Positions 26,569-40,314 are shown, counted from the first letter of the whole stretch. The stretch: 63,266 bases of DNA, filler included, from Octopus bimaculoides (GCF_001194135.2; 4 parts of 4 records of this genome joined end to end with filler, not necessarily neighbours in it), one strand, 5' to 3'. Notes: generated by a model from the letters alone, not told the origin. Program-made: numbers and translations.

Positions 26569-27095
26569 AATGCTGTGAGATGGCCGAAACGTTAGCAAGT
26601 CGGACGGTATACGTAGCAACATTCATCCGATTTATTACGTTCTAGGTTCAAATTCCACCGCGGTGAACTTTGCCTTTCTTCCGGTGTCAATATAATAATG
26701 TACTAAGGTGATAAGCTGGCAGAAACTTTAACATGCCAGGTGAAATGCTTAGCGGTATTTCGTCTTTATTTACTTCTGAGTTCAAATTCCGCCGAGGTCG
26801 CATTTGTCTTTCATTCTTTCAGGGTCGATAAATTAAGTACCTGTTGTGTATTAGATTCGATATAATCGACTGGCCCACTCCCCCAAAATTTCGGGCCTTG
26901 TGCCTCGAGTAGCAAAGAAAAGAATCTTCAGCACGCCGAACAAGATGCTTAGCGGCATTTCGTCCGTCGCTACGTTCTGACTTAAAATTCCGTCGATTTT
27001 GACTTTGCCTGTCATCCGTACGGATTCAATAAAATAAGTGCCAGTTGAGCACTGAGGTCGACGTAATCGACTTACCCACTTCCGTGCAAAAATGT
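26569..27095 (+). mobile_element. Three head-to-tail SINE family B copies (~26569-26690, 26707-26915, 26925-27095)
   Basis: Each has the GTTCAAATTCC/CTTAAAATTCC B-box segment followed by a variant of the GTCGACTTTGCCTTTCATCC core. Confidence 0.8.
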
Positions 27096-27251
27096 GAAAC
27101 AATTATGATAATACAGTTCTATATTTAAGAGATGAGGATTTATGTACATTATTTAATGTAAATAATATAAATAATGTAAATATGATAATGTACCAGTAAA
27201 GTGGTGTGGTATGTGTCCACATATATATATATATTTATATATATATATATT

Positions 27252-27284
<33 letters not shown>

Positions 27285-28704
27285 ATTTATACATATATAT
27301 ACATATATACATATATANNNNNNNNNNNNNNNNNNNNNNNNNNNNNNNNNNNNNNNNNNNNNNNNNNNNNNNNNNNNNNNNNNNNNNNNNNNNNNNNNNN
27401 NNNNNNNNNNNNNNNNNNNNNNNNNNNNNNNNNNNNNNNNNNNNNNNNNNNNNNNNNNNNNNNNNNNNNNNNNNNNNNNNNNNNNNNNNNNNNNNNNNNN
27501 NNNNNNNNNNNNNNNNNNNNNNNNNNNNNNNNNNNNNNNNNNNNNNNNNNNNNNNNNNNNNNNNNNNNNNNNNNNNNNNNNNNNNNNNNNNNNNNNNNNT
27601 GGATAATAATCATACTGATGTAATTTTAATAGGAGTTTTGGATGATAAATATCACTAAATCCGTTTTTACATTGATGGTTTGAGATCTTGTATGGATTTT
27701 CAATTTCTTGTAAGATGTTACTATTCACCAAACTTAATATATCATTGTTTTTTTATATACGAACGTTCATATTTTGAAGTATAGAGATTGAATACGGATT
27801 TTGAAAGTGCCAATATAAACATGTCTTCAGGCTTACCCACGTCTAACAGGTTACAACACGAGATATTCATTAATTCCTGCACAGCAGCAAACAGACAAGC
27901 GCAGGTATATACTCACACACATACACAAATACATATACACATGCACAAGCGCACACATACTCCAGTACGCACACAAACACGAACACACACACATGTATAC
28001 ACACGGAAAAGCATATACGCCCACGCTCGTACAAATAAACATGTACAAGAATGGGGAAAATCACGATATATTCTGTTTTTAAAATGTATGCTTACATGTT
28101 GTTTCTTAAGAGTTCTATATAATCACATCTTACTCCCACTCTTACTCTTTCTCGCTCTCTCCCTATAAAATCTTCCACACACACTTACAGAAACACACGA
28201 ACGCGCGCATTTAAGTTGATAGATAGATAGATAGATAGCTAGATAGATAGATAAATAGATAGATAGACAGACAGACAGACAGATAGACAGACAGATTGTT
28301 TAAAGGTTTTAGACAATTGGTTTAAAACCCAAAACTTAGGCCAATACACATTTTATCAATGTCGATTCGCAAAACGTTAATGTCTAAGGTGTATATGTAT
28401 GTGTACAAATAGAGAGGAAGAGAGAGAGAGAGAGAGAGAGAGATAGAAAGAGAGAGAGAGAGAGAGAGATAGAAAGAGAGAGAGACAGATAGAAAGAGAG
28501 AGAGATAGAAAGAGAGAGAGAATTCCTCTTTCTTAACGATCTGGTGTCGCTGAGCAATTAATATTCTTTGGCAACACAAAATGACCTGTCTTGACTTTAG
28601 GTCGTATGGAGCCTGATCAAACTGCTATAGAAAATGCATGTAACTCCTTCTAAATGTATTGAGTGCTCTTTTCTTTTGTTTGCCCACTGATTCGTTTATA
28701 TATG

Positions 28705-28790
28705 TGTGTGTGTGATTGTGTGTGTGTGTGATTGTGTGTGTGTATGATTGTGTGTGTGTGTGATTGTGTGTGTGTGTGATTGTGTGTGTA
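28705..28790. repeat. (GTGTGTGTGATT)n-type compound microsatellite
   Basis: Direct tandem repeat. Confidence 0.9.
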
Positions 28791-29066
28791 TTTGATATAG
28801 ATATATACATACATACGTATGTAAATACATACGTATGTATGTATGTATGTAGAAGGTTGAAAAGGAACACACGAGTTGATATGCATAAGGAAAATAAGGT
28901 AGAAAAGGCTTAAATAATTTTATCGTGAAGAACTGTTTAATACCGGTTTCAGTCTTTGCGACTTTTTCAACTTAGAGTAAATCATGAAAAACAATTAAAT
29001 TGAGGAAAAATTAGATGAAACGTTTTTTAAAAATATTTCCATAGTTTTCAAACGCAAGGGACATTT

Positions 29067-29097
<31 letters not shown>

Positions 29098-30718
29098 TTC
29101 ACTCTTGTGAGGGCTTGGTAGCAGCTAATAGCAGTCCTAATATTTNNNNNNNNNNNNNNNNNNNNNNNNNNNNNNNNNNNNNNNNNNNNNNNNNNNNNNN
29201 NNNNNNNNNNNNNNNNNNNNNNNNNNNNNNNNNNNNNNNNNNNNNNNNNNNNNNNNNNNNNNNNNNNNNNNNNNNNNNNNNNNNNNNNNNNNNNNNNNNN
29301 NNNNNNNNNNNNNNNNNNNNNNNNNNNNNNNNNNNNNNNNNNNNNNNNNNNNNNNNNNNNNNNNNNNNNNNNNNNNNNNNNNNNNNNNNNNNNNNNNNNN
29401 NNNNNNNNNNNNNNNNNNNNNNNNNNNNNNNNNNNNNNNNNNNNNNNNNNNNNNNNNNNNNNNNNNNNNNNNNNNNNNNNNNNNNNNNNNNNNNNNNNNN
29501 NNNNNNNNNNNNNNNNNNNNNNNNNNNNNNNNNNNNNNNNNNNNNNNNNNNNNNNNNNNNNNNNNNNNNNNNNNNNNNNNNNNNNNNNNNNNNNNNNNNN
29601 NNNNNNNNNNNNNNNNNNNNNNNNNNNNNNNNNNNNNNNNNNNNNNNNNNNNNNNNNNNNNNNNNNNNNNNNNNNNNNNNNNNNNNNNNNNNNNNNNNNN
29701 NNNNNNNNNNNNNNNNNNNNNNNNNNNNNNNNNNNNNNNNNNNNNNNNNNNNNNNNNNNNNNNNNNNNNNNNNNNNNNNNNNNNNNNNNNNNNNNNNNNN
29801 NNNNNNNNNNNNNNNNNNNNNNNNNNNNNNNNNNNNNNNNNNNNNNNNNNNNNNNNNNNNNNNNNNNNNNNNNNNNNNNNNNNNNNNNNNNNNNNNNNNN
29901 NNNNNNNNNNNNNNNNNNNNNNNNNNNNNNNNNNNNNNNNNNNNNNNNNNNNNNNNNNNNNNNNNNNNNNNNNNNNNNNNNNNNNNNNNNNNNNNNNNNN
30001 NNNNNNNNNNNNNNNNNNNNNNNNNNNNNNNNNNNNNNNNNNNNNNNNNNNNNNNNNNNNNNNNNNNNNNNNNNNNNTATATATATATATATAAATATGT
30101 AAATATATATATATATATATATATTTCTTATAGTAGTTAACGCTTCAAACGGTTTGATCTTGTTTCTTGGTGTGCTATATTTTCCATGTTCGCATTTGAG
30201 ATCAAAGCTTAATGAAAGAATGCTCAAAATCCGCTTGAAATAAAGTATCGTTAGTTCAAAACCAACTCGATCCAGCTGTTGTATGAAATATAGCTTGTTT
30301 ATTACGAAACGTACGTTAATATTTTTGTCTAATTTCCCGTGTATGTTGGTGTGATGGTATATATAAATATTTGAACAAAGACGTGTGTTTTAGTGGAGCA
30401 AAAGCAGGAATTCTTAGGAATATGCATTATTTATATTATATTACAGAGCATATAATTAAAAAAACAATTTGTAAAAACGCTTGAAGGTCTTTAATGACGT
30501 AAACGCTAAACCATCTCTGGTGAACCCGAAGAAAAGGAATAGCCTCATTGCAATTAAACAAAGCCGATTACTAATATCCATTCATTATTTGCATTGATTA
30601 CAACCTGAAGCATTAAATAGAAAGACATGGACAAACTTATCTTTTCTGTAGGAAGCTAATGAACCTTATTTGTAAAATTAATAAAAGACTCATCCTCTAA
30701 ATAAGTCTGGAAGGTTGT

Positions 30719-30765
<47 letters not shown>

Positions 30766-31176
30766 NNNNNNNNNNNNNNNNNNNNNNNNNNNNNNNNNNN
30801 NNNNNNNNNNNNNNNNNNNNNNNNNNNNNNNNNNNNNNNNNNNNNNNNNNNNNNNNNNNNNNNNNNNNNNNNNNNNNNNNNNNNNNNNNNNNNNNNNNNN
30901 NNNNNNNNNNNNNNNNNNNNNNNNNNNNNNNNNNNNNNNNNNNNNNNNNNNNNNNNNNNNNNNNNNNNNNNNNNNNNNNNNNNNNNNNNNNNNNNNNNNN
31001 NNNNNNNNNNNNNNNNNNNNNNNNNNNNNNNNNNNNNNNNNNNNNNNNNNNNNNNNNNNNNNNNNNNNNNNNNNNNNNNNNNNNNNNNNNNNNNNNNNNN
31101 NNNNNNNNNNNNNNNNNNNNNNNNNNNNNNNNNNNNNNNNNNNNNNNNNNNNNNNNNNNNNNNNNNNNNNNNNNNN

Positions 31177-32098
31177 NTCAGTTCAGTTCGATGAAGAGCG
31201 ATTAAACCAACTTTTGCACGAAAACTCTCGTCAAACGACAAGGGAACTGGCAGAGAAAATGAAATGCTCCCACATTGCTATAGAAAACCATCTTCACTCG
31301 ATGGGAAAGGTTCAGAAGTATGGAGCATGGGTTCCACATGCTTTAAGTGACAACAACAAAAATCGACGAGCCACAATCTTCGCTGGTTTGCTTGCTCGTC
31401 ACCGCTTAACTCATGGACACAAGCAACGATTTCGTTACCGAATCATTACTGGCGACGAAAAATGGTGCCTGTACATCAATATGAAGCAGCGTAAAGAATG
31501 GCTTAGCCCCAGTAAACAAGCGACACCACCTGTGAAACAAGATCTTCATCCGCGTAAAACGATGTTGTGCGTATGGTGGGACTGGGAAGAGATTATCCAT
31601 TACGAGTTGCTTGAACGGAACCAAACGGTCTACGCGGAACTCTATGTTCAACAGATGGAACGACTCAGCACGGATATTTAAGAGAAAAGACCTAATCGTT
31701 AGCATGAAGTTCTTCTGCTGCACGACAACACCCGCCCTTATATCGCCATATGACTAAGGAAGCCATTCAAACGCGTGGCTGGGAAGTGCTGCCACACCCG
31801 CCATACTTTCCTGATTTGGCACCAACGGATTCCAACTCTTTCGATCTCTTTCAAATGCTATGCGCGGAGTTTCGTTCAATACTGATGCAGAATTGAGAGC
31901 TTTGTTGGATCAATTTTTCGAGTCGAAATCTGGTGATTTCTACCAACGAGGTATTGAAAATCTTGTTGAACGTTGGAAAGAAGTTGTAAACAACAAGGGT
32001 GAATACATTATTGATTAATTAGTTGTTATTTTTTTTTTTATTAAACCTTTTAAACATTTAAATTTAACAACACGGCGGGAACTTAGTTGCCAACCTAA
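31177..32098 (+). mobile_element. Decayed mariner (D,D34D) transposon, 3' two-thirds
   Basis: Motifs WVPHAL, ITGDEKW, MLCVWWD, LLHDNTRP, HPPYFPDLAPTD and the C-terminus ERWKEVVNNKGEYIID* (stop 32016-32018). It has two in-frame stops and two frameshifts. Right TIR ...GGGAACTTAGTTGCCAACCTAA is followed by TA; the left end is lost in the gap. Confidence 0.95.
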
Positions 32099-32261
32099 TA
32101 AATACCAGTTTTGAAGTGGGGTCGATCTAATCGACTTACCCATCGCAGCAATTGCTGGCCTTATGTCAAAATTTGAAACAAATATTTATTTATGGTATTG
32201 TAATATATTGTATTTATTTATGTGATTGTAATATATAGTATTGCAAAATACTGTAAGCCTA

Positions 32262-32475
32262 AGGTGGCAAGCTGGTAGAATCGTCACCACGCCGGGCTAA
32301 ATGCTTAGCAGCATTTGATCAATCTTTACATTCTGAGTTCAAATTCCACCATGGTCGGAATTTGTCTTTCATGCTTTCGAGGTCGATAAAAGAAGTGCCA
32401 GTAGAACACCGGAGTTGATGTAATCGAGTTAACTCCTCCCCGAAATTGCTGGCCTTGTGCCAAAATTTGAAACCT
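32262..32475 (+). mobile_element. SINE family B full copy (a 3' fragment also lies at ~32099-32182)
   Basis: AAGCTGGTAGAATCG...GAGTTCAAATTCC...GGCCTTGTGCCAAAATTTGAAAC. Confidence 0.85.
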
Positions 32476-34042
32476 ATATTTCATTTGAAATGATTTTGTT
32501 CGTTCTTACACTATGTGATAGGATATACTCGTAGAAGAGCGATTATCTGATCCACTAATATGGCAGAACATGTGAGACAACTCGACCGTTTTATAAATGT
32601 TTAACGGATATTTTAGATTATGAAATTGAATTTTCTTTTGTATCGTATAGCTTAGATTTAATATTTCATTGAGAAAAAAGAATAAGTTTAGAATTCAATA
32701 AAGTTAGGAATTGCTTGGATTTCAAGCTTAGAATCTACGCCTTATGTGTATAGCAATGTATATCTTGTTGATTAATCCCTAATCCAACCAAGGTACAATC
32801 AAATGCAGTCTAGCTGTGACTATCCAGCCCTTTGCTTGGACATTTGTGTAGATGACAGTATTATGTAACGTATCCTGCCTTTACAAGCCAGATTATCAAC
32901 CTAATGATTAACTGTTGATAGTCTACTGTCGGATCTTACTACATAACTTAATTATCAGCACTCCATTGCATTCAGCTTTAAAATGACGCTGCAGGTCGAT
33001 TGGGTGGGGTGGGGTTCACTGTTGTAAGAAAAATATGTATTATAAAGGATTTCACAAGCTTGTACAGCTTATTATTCTAGGGAGTTTAGCCTAATGTTAA
33101 ATTATCTTTATTTTTCACTCAAACTCCTTATGTGCCCTGGTGCAAAATTCATATGTGTATTTTTAATGTGTTTCACAAGCATTTCATTAGCTTGTAGAGC
33201 TGTGTTCTTTGGAAGCTTCTAGTAGCTGGTCGGCCTTCTAGAAATAACAACCAAAACTATGCTGTTACACCATACCGTATTAAATGAATTGGGATCTACC
33301 AGACAATGTAGTCCATGATGTATTAAAAGAAAAACAAGACAGAGCAAAAAAAAAAAGAACAAAAATCAAAAACAAAACCATGGATGTTCAGTCAGAACTG
33401 ATTGGAAATGAAACGAACAACAACGAATACGAGAACAACAACAACCATGACAACAACCACGAAAATAACCACCACCATCACCACCACCACAACAACAACA
33501 ACAGCAGCAACAACAATAGCACATCTTGTGAGATATCAAAAGCTCTAGTTAGTTTGATTTTCTCCCGATATTCTACATGAAAACTTGATCTGCAGTTGTT
33601 CTACAATGCAGTGAATTATATCGCCTATCAAAAAGAAAAAAAAAAACAAAAACAAAAAGCAAACAAACAAAAAGACAAAAAAATGAACCCCCCACAAAAA
33701 AAACAAACAAACAAAAAACCCTACAGTTATTTTTGACTTCACTGATTATATTGCAATAGCGATACACATAAAACACTTTACCATCTAAGAATCACCCAGA
33801 GAAATCATTTGAAAGTAGGCAAAATAAGATATATATAAAATATGTAAAATATGTAAAATAAGTTATATATTAAGAAAAATCCACATTAAATTCATTTAAC
33901 TGTGTTGAAATTGAAAACCGTCCAATGTCTGAAAGATCGATAAGGCACGGATGAAAATGATCTCATTTTTTAAATTGATATCATTATAAGAAATTTCATG
34001 CTGCGTTTATTTAATAACATAAACACACGCATACACGCACAT

Positions 34043-34422
34043 GTTGTTTTTGTTGGCACTCCGTCGCTTACGACGTCGAGGGTTCCAGTTGATCCGATCA
34101 ACGGAACAGCCTGCTCGTGAAATTAATGTGCAAGTGGCTGAGCACTCCACAGACACGTGTACCCTTAACGTAGTTCTCGGGGATATTCAGCGTGACACGG
34201 CTGACCCTTTGAATTACAGGCACAAGAGAAACAGGAAGTAAGAGTGAGAGAAAGTTGTGGTGAAAGAGTACAGCAGGGTTCGCCACCATCCCTTACCGGA
34301 GCCTCAAGGAGCTTTAGGTGTTTTCGCTCAATAAACACTTACAACGCCCGGTCTGGGAATCGAAACCGCGATCCTATGACCGCGAGTCCGCTGCCCTAAC
34401 CACTGGGCCATTGCACCTCCAC
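34043..34422 (-). mobile_element. Full-length SINE family A with 11-bp TSD
   Basis: About 96% identical to 17027-17407 by manual count. TSD TACACGCACAT at 34032-34042 and 34423-34433. Confidence 0.93.
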
Positions 34423-35148
34423 TACACGCACATAACACACACTAAAATACACATATAAATTTTGTACCAAGAACATAAGGAATTTGTGCAAAAAATAGAG
34501 GTCATTTAACATTAGGTTAAACTCGTTAGATTAATATATGAGGCTCAACTCCATGGAATAATTGCATGACCGTCATCGAAAGCGTAAGAAGCAAGGAGAG
34601 AATCTCTGCTTCCCTTATATGAAAATGCAATGTTAATAACAGAATATTAAACGGAGTTATGACTAATGTAAATATTTATTCTAATCTTATATTAATTTAG
34701 AAATGTCCATCTAAATAAAAAAGTAATTAGTTATCAATGTTAAATACGTATTTCATTTATATCCTGGCGCAATAGAGTAAACTACTATTCCATTGGTCAA
34801 AAGTGTGTTACAAGTAAATCAAAAGCTACCTTTGAACAAAGCCGGTCCCATAACATTTGTACCCAGCCTTCTTTGTAGATTAAAATACCGTATTGAACCT
34901 ACTCAATACATTGTATTTCAAAAGATATAAATGTTCTATGTTTACTACGTTTTACGCCAATAAAGCAAAAGGCTCATTACCAAGTGGTTTGGGCGTTGAA
35001 CTCACGATCGAAAATTATAGTTTCGATATCCCGGATCAGACAGCGTTTTTGTGTTCTTGAGCACAGTTCACTCAGTTGCAAGTGGGTAACCTTGCAACAG
35101 ACTAGCGTTCTGTTTCGGAAGAATGTTAAAATCTCAGTTATTTGACCT

Positions 35149-35388
35149 GCACTCCGTCGGATACGATGACGAGGGTTCCAATTGATCCGACCAACGGAAC
35201 AACCTGCTCGTGAAATTAACGTGCATGCGACTGAGTACTCCACTGACACGTGTACCCCTTAACGTAGTCCTCAGAGAGATTCAGCATGACACAGAGTGTG
35301 ACAAGGCTGGCCCTTTGAAATACGGGTACTACTCGTTTTTGCCACCAAAGCGGACTGGAGCAAAATGAACTAAAGTGTCTTGTCAAGG
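35149..35388 (-). mobile_element. 5'-truncated SINE with a family A tail and a family D-like central domain
   Basis: 35149-35320 aligns to the family A 3' half. 35350-35388 (GGACTGGAGCAA...AAAGTGTCTTG) resembles the family D core. Confidence 0.7.
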
Positions 35389-36120
35389 ACTGGGAAAGAA
35401 GTGTATTGCCTAAGTTTTGGTTTTCTAAAAGTAGATCATGAATTTCTGCTGATCTTTCTGAGAACCAGTCACTGGATTTATGAGATTTAAATCCTACCGA
35501 CGAACTTGCAGCCTGAAATACTTTTGTTTTGAAATCTTCTCATAGATTGTTTGGGTCAAGATTGATACTTTCTATAACATTGTGGAATCTTTACAAGTTG
35601 CTTGATAATTTACAATTTGCAACATTTAACTTTTTGGGTACCTTAGGACCAGACTGTCGATTTTTAGCACAAAAAGAATTGGATGATAGGCGCAGTAGAA
35701 AAGGCTATAGGAAAATGCCTTCGTTGTACGTGCAAGACGTTTTTGTCCATTATAACGCAATGGGTTATAACCAGAGACGCGTTTGATATCTGATGGGTAG
35801 GCTTCGTATGTTAGTTTAGGCTACATATATAATTGTGAGGTCGGAAAGCACTCTTTAGATTTGGTTTTACAACAACGAGAGCCTCAATACATAGACTGTC
35901 GAAAGGTTATGGATACTTGCCAAGAATTAACCCAGGTGACAATGTGGAACGAATGATACTTTATTAACATCGTATCTGTATGAGGCAGTTCTCGTTTTTT
36001 TTTTAGGATACTAAACTGCATGTTAACCAATGATTCTACATTATTTCAAATCTTGGTTGTAACCCGATAAAGCAGAGACAATTTTTCCGGTGATATGTTG
36101 AATAAATATATTAAATTAGA

Positions 36121-36452
36121 CCCCTTTCGGTCATGAATGACCATGGGATTGCACCTAGAAAGTTACCTTCCGAGGCGCAAGTCCGAACATGGTTGTTTAT
36201 GGAAGACCAGGAGTCGCCCATGCATACCAGCCTCCCCTCTCCATGACACCGTTGTTATCCAAGGAAAAGGTAAAGGCCAATACAACTTGGCACCAGTGAC
36301 ATGGCAACTCATTTCTACAGATGAGTGAACTGGAGCAACGTGAAATAAAATATTTTGCTCAAGAACACAACGCACAGCTCATCCCAGGAATCAAACTCAT
36401 TACCTCAAGATTGTGAGCCCGACGCTTTAATCACTGTGCCATGCGCTCTCAC
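36121..36452 (-). mobile_element. SINE with family D head/core and a distinct 3' tail
   Basis: GAACTGGAGCAACGTGAAATAAAATATTTTGCTCAAGAACAC core plus a tRNA-like head on the minus strand. Confidence 0.7.
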
Positions 36453-36779
36453 AAAAGTCGAAAGCTGCTCGTGGTCCAATGCTGAAGAAACATATTTAAA
36501 TATAAATTTAATCTTGTATTGACCAAAAATATATTTTGGAACTACTCCAATTGCATAAAATTATAAATTAACTTTTGGTAAAGTCTGTAAACAGGGGCAT
36601 CACATGAAACAACATCGGGTTAATTGCTCGAAGTATAGATAATTAGAGAGAACAGATAATGAACGAATATTTTCATGAATTATGATTAATTAAAAAGTTA
36701 ACTGAAGTGATTCCTAAAAAACAAAGAAACTAATACCAAGATTAAAAAGTTTAAGAAAACGGCGCAGACATGTCTGTGT

Positions 36780-37055
36780 GGCGCAGACATGTCTTGCTGG
36801 GTCGACCAATGCTTGTGTGAATTTGATAGACGGAAGCTGTGTAGAAGCCCGTCGTATATGTGTGTGTATATGCATGAGTTTGTGCTTGTGTTTGTTTCCA
36901 TCCCCACCGCTTGACAACCAGTGTTGGTTTATTTACGACCTCGTAGACTAAAGACCAAACTTTTACAAAATAAGTAGAGGTGTCAATTCGTTCGACCAAA
37001 CCCCTCTAGAGAGTGCCCAACCATTATCACAGTCCAATGATTGAAACAGGTAAAA
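36780..37055 (+). mobile_element. SINE family C 3' half, diverged
   Basis: GTCGACCAATGCTTGTGTGAATTTG...GAAGCCCGTCGTATA...GCTTGACAACC...AATGATTGAAACAGGTAAAAGA. Confidence 0.75.
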
Positions 37056-37244
37056 GATAAAAAAATTTAATCGTGTTTGCTTTATTAAAGTATGAAGTTT
37101 TATATATGATACTGTGTTTTGATAAGCAGTCGAATCTTGTTGATAAAATAAATTTATATAAAGTAAACAAAACGAAACTAATTGAAATTGAAATAAGTGG
37201 TAAATTTAATGATATATTACATAGGAACATTATTGATTCTTAAG

Positions 37245-37365
37245 AGAAACTGCAGAAACTCTATTATGAACGAGAAATCAGATTAATACTTAATTCCTCA
37301 CGAACGTGTTTATACGGGAGACAGACCATATCCCGTGTGTTAACTGTTGTAATATATTCTTGCTT
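37245..37365 (+). pseudogene. C2H2 zinc-finger remnant (linker plus start of the next finger)
   Basis: HERVYTGDRPYP (37299-37334). Removing one base gives YPCVNCCNIF, the Y-x-C-x2-C-x3-F pattern. Confidence 0.45.
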
Positions 37366-37739
37366 GATTTTTGCCGAGCGTCTGGTGAATCTAGCTGATC
37401 CTTTTTGTAAACATCGACAATTGCAGCGACAGGTTTCTTCTTTTGTCGCTGTTCTTTAAATCATCGTTTGAAGTTTGCAGCATTCATTCTCGTACTGACA
37501 TTCTTCTTTATCACTAATACATTGAAGTGAAATACATAAATAGCAACAACAACAAAATTCAAACAAAATCAGGGAATTACTGTCCGACTGAAAGTTCATG
37601 ACCATCTAGCCAATGAATGTCATTAGCGGATGTCATTCTGTTGCAAGCGTCTGGACTAGGTTACTGGCAGTGGAGTGTGACCTCTCGACGCATGTCATCC
37701 TATATACTTTCCAAAGATACTGCTAACTAAAAGTAAATC

Positions 37740-39130
37740 TGCTGGATAATTCTTCCTCACTTTTCTCAAACGGCCATCGATGCTGATTTAATCAATATCT
37801 CGTACATCACTTTTTGTTAAAATACAAACCTAAAATTCTATTTCTTTCCTTAATATAAATCTCTCAATTCCAATCCTTTGTCCGCATCTACTGTCCTGAC
37901 GACAATATTTATTCAAACTTCATTCCAAATGGTGGTGACTGTGTGAAGTAGATTTCATTCTCTCTATCACTCACCTCTGTCACTCAGCTCTCTTACCTGG
38001 ATATCAACAACAAAGTATTCCTGTTATTCAAGTCTAAAGTTTACTTTCTTTCTCATTCAAATAAAACTGCTTCCTCTACTACTTTCAATCACCAACAACT
38101 ATTCGACAACATTTCCTCTTGCATATAGTCAATAAGCTGGCAGAATCGTTAGCACGTCGGGCAAAATGCTTTGCGGCATTTTGTCCGGCTTCAAGTTCTC
38201 TGTTCAAATTGCGCTAGGCTGACTTTATCTTTCATTCTTTCGGGATCGATGAAATAAGTACCAGTTGAATCCTGGGGTCGATGTAATCGACTTAACCCCT
38301 CCCCTGAAATTTCTGGCATTATGCCAAAATTTGAAACAACCAATATTTCCTCTTGCATTAAGACGACTATTTTACTTGATCTCTCCCATCCCTGCTCAAC
38401 GATTACAACTATTCTTGGCTTTTACCCTCGTCCCATATTCATGCTGCCGGTGCAGAAAGCTAATCTTTTGCAGTTCGTTACACTGACTCCAAATATCCTT
38501 GATCTCGTTTCGACTCTAAACCTTACCTCTACCAGGTTATAAACTTTTCCGTAATAATCGGAATGTCTAACCATTGTCTCAACTACGGAAGTGCACATCC
38601 AAACCCTGTGACTCTTCACGTCAGCTGACTGGTCAGATACTACCTATTCAATGTTCGCTATCCTGAGTTGGTCATGTTAGTCATCTTTAATACATGAGAA
38701 ATAGCCAGTCGAGTTGCTGGAATATTCCCTTATGCACTGTCAATTCCATTACCAGGCTAACAATGTACCTCAAGTTAGTTCCTCATCAAACCCTTCAAAT
38801 TCTCTCTCCATACAGTGATATAGACTGCTTTTTAAAAGTGTTTCTAAGAAGGGCAATATTTCAGACCCTACCAGCTATTGTCTTATTGCACTCACTTCTC
38901 AAAGGCAATAGAAACGGTCACCAACGCTGTCTCACAAACACGTTATCTCATCTCTCTGACAGTGGCCTATGTTTCCCAGAAATCACTGGTTTCCTGCTAC
39001 CATCACTGAGGTATACTCAACTTACTCATTTCTTCTCTCGTCAACCATGTTTTATTGAAACTAAAGGATCGCACTAAACACTAAACCTAATTCGTTCTCA
39101 CAAACTGTCTCCTCTCGGAATTCTCTCTTT
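37740..39130 (+). mobile_element. Decayed CR1/L2-group LINE ORF2 (APE endonuclease plus start of RT), interrupted by a SINE
   Basis: VHHFLLKYKPKILFLS, PNGGDCV, QQLFDNISSCI...TTILGF, PNILDLVST...IGMSNHCL and VSKKGNISDPTSYCLIALTS occur in the expected order, with many lesions. Confidence 0.8.
38125..38344 (+). mobile_element. SINE family B inserted into the LINE with a 14-bp TSD
   Basis: TSD ATTTCCTCTTGCAT at 38111-38124 and 38345-38358; removing the SINE restores the LINE reading frame. Confidence 0.9.
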
Positions 39131-40314
39131 TTACATTTTTTACCCGGTAATCGTCAACTTGCTACAAATTAATCACATCTTTTAAATTAAAATTTCATTT
39201 TCAATCTAACATTGTAGTTTTTAACCGTTACAAAGTACGTTGAAATTTTAATTTAGAATTTAAGGATAGGTTGTTTCATTTTCTTTTTTAAGTTGATTTA
39301 TACATATACTGATCGGAAACATAATTTACAAGTTTCCGATGCTTACTGTTGTCGCAGTCTGGTTTCTGTAAATACGATAGGAATTTTGCTTTACGCTCTT
39401 TCTTCGCTATCCCCTGAAGAAGTTTCATTCCAATTTTTGTCGTAAAAAATTGTTTGCTTTCAAAAGCAGATATCTGTCAGGGGTTACAAACGCAATTGTA
39501 TGTGTAGACTCTCTTTCTGAGATGCAAAGAAAAGTTTGAATGGTTAAGTGATGCCAGCACTTGAATTGAATATAATTCTATTTTGCACTCTGGAGGTATG
39601 GCAACTTCTAAAATATGTTTACGATTCTATTGCAAATTCTTTTCAAATAACTCCCTGTTGTCTCAAAGAACGGAAAATAGACTGAATATGTTTTTCCTGA
39701 TATAGAAAAGCATTGAATAGTCAGAGTTACGATGAATTTAGCTCATTGACCTACGTGAGTGAGAAAGTCCTGGAAGGTAAACAACGATAAATGCTTAATA
39801 ATGAGCGGCCGGGGTTCTAATATCCCACAACAATTTTTCTTCCTCAGTCCAAGAAATAGAGATACTGTCCATAGCATTATTTTTTTGTGAATGAATGAGA
39901 ACGACAATTTGCTAAGGCTAGGAATTAATGCTCAGTTAGAATTGGTAGAGGTTAGTTGTAGTTGGGAAAAACCGAAGAGAGAGAAAAAGAGAGGGAGAAA
40001 GAAAGAGAGAAAGATAAACATAAAGAAAGAGAGCGAGAAAGAAAGAGAGAAAGAGAGAGAGAGAAAGAAAGAGAGAGAAGGAGAAAGAGAGATTTGAATT
40101 CAAATATAAAGAGCCAGATCTTCCTAATAGTGGCCCATGGCACCGAATTTTTGGGGGAGTGCTACACAAGGTATACCATAACCAATACTTGAATGAGATT
40201 CTTTAAACAAACTCTGGGTAGATGGAAAGCAAAGTCAGATTTTACGTGATTGGAACTGACAACATACTGGACCATAATTGCATTCTGCAGGCCAGTTCGT
40301 ACGCTTCCTCCTTT

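Noticed and set aside
33284-33580. 98-aa ORF with poly-His/Asn
   Set aside because: The C-terminal half is (CAA/CAC)n microsatellite, and the N-terminal part appears to be interspersed repeat plus poly-A.
34977-35249. Short ORFs over SINE copies (also 34041-34289, 36137-36375, 61184-61536)
   Set aside because: Incidental frames in GC-richer SINE sequence.
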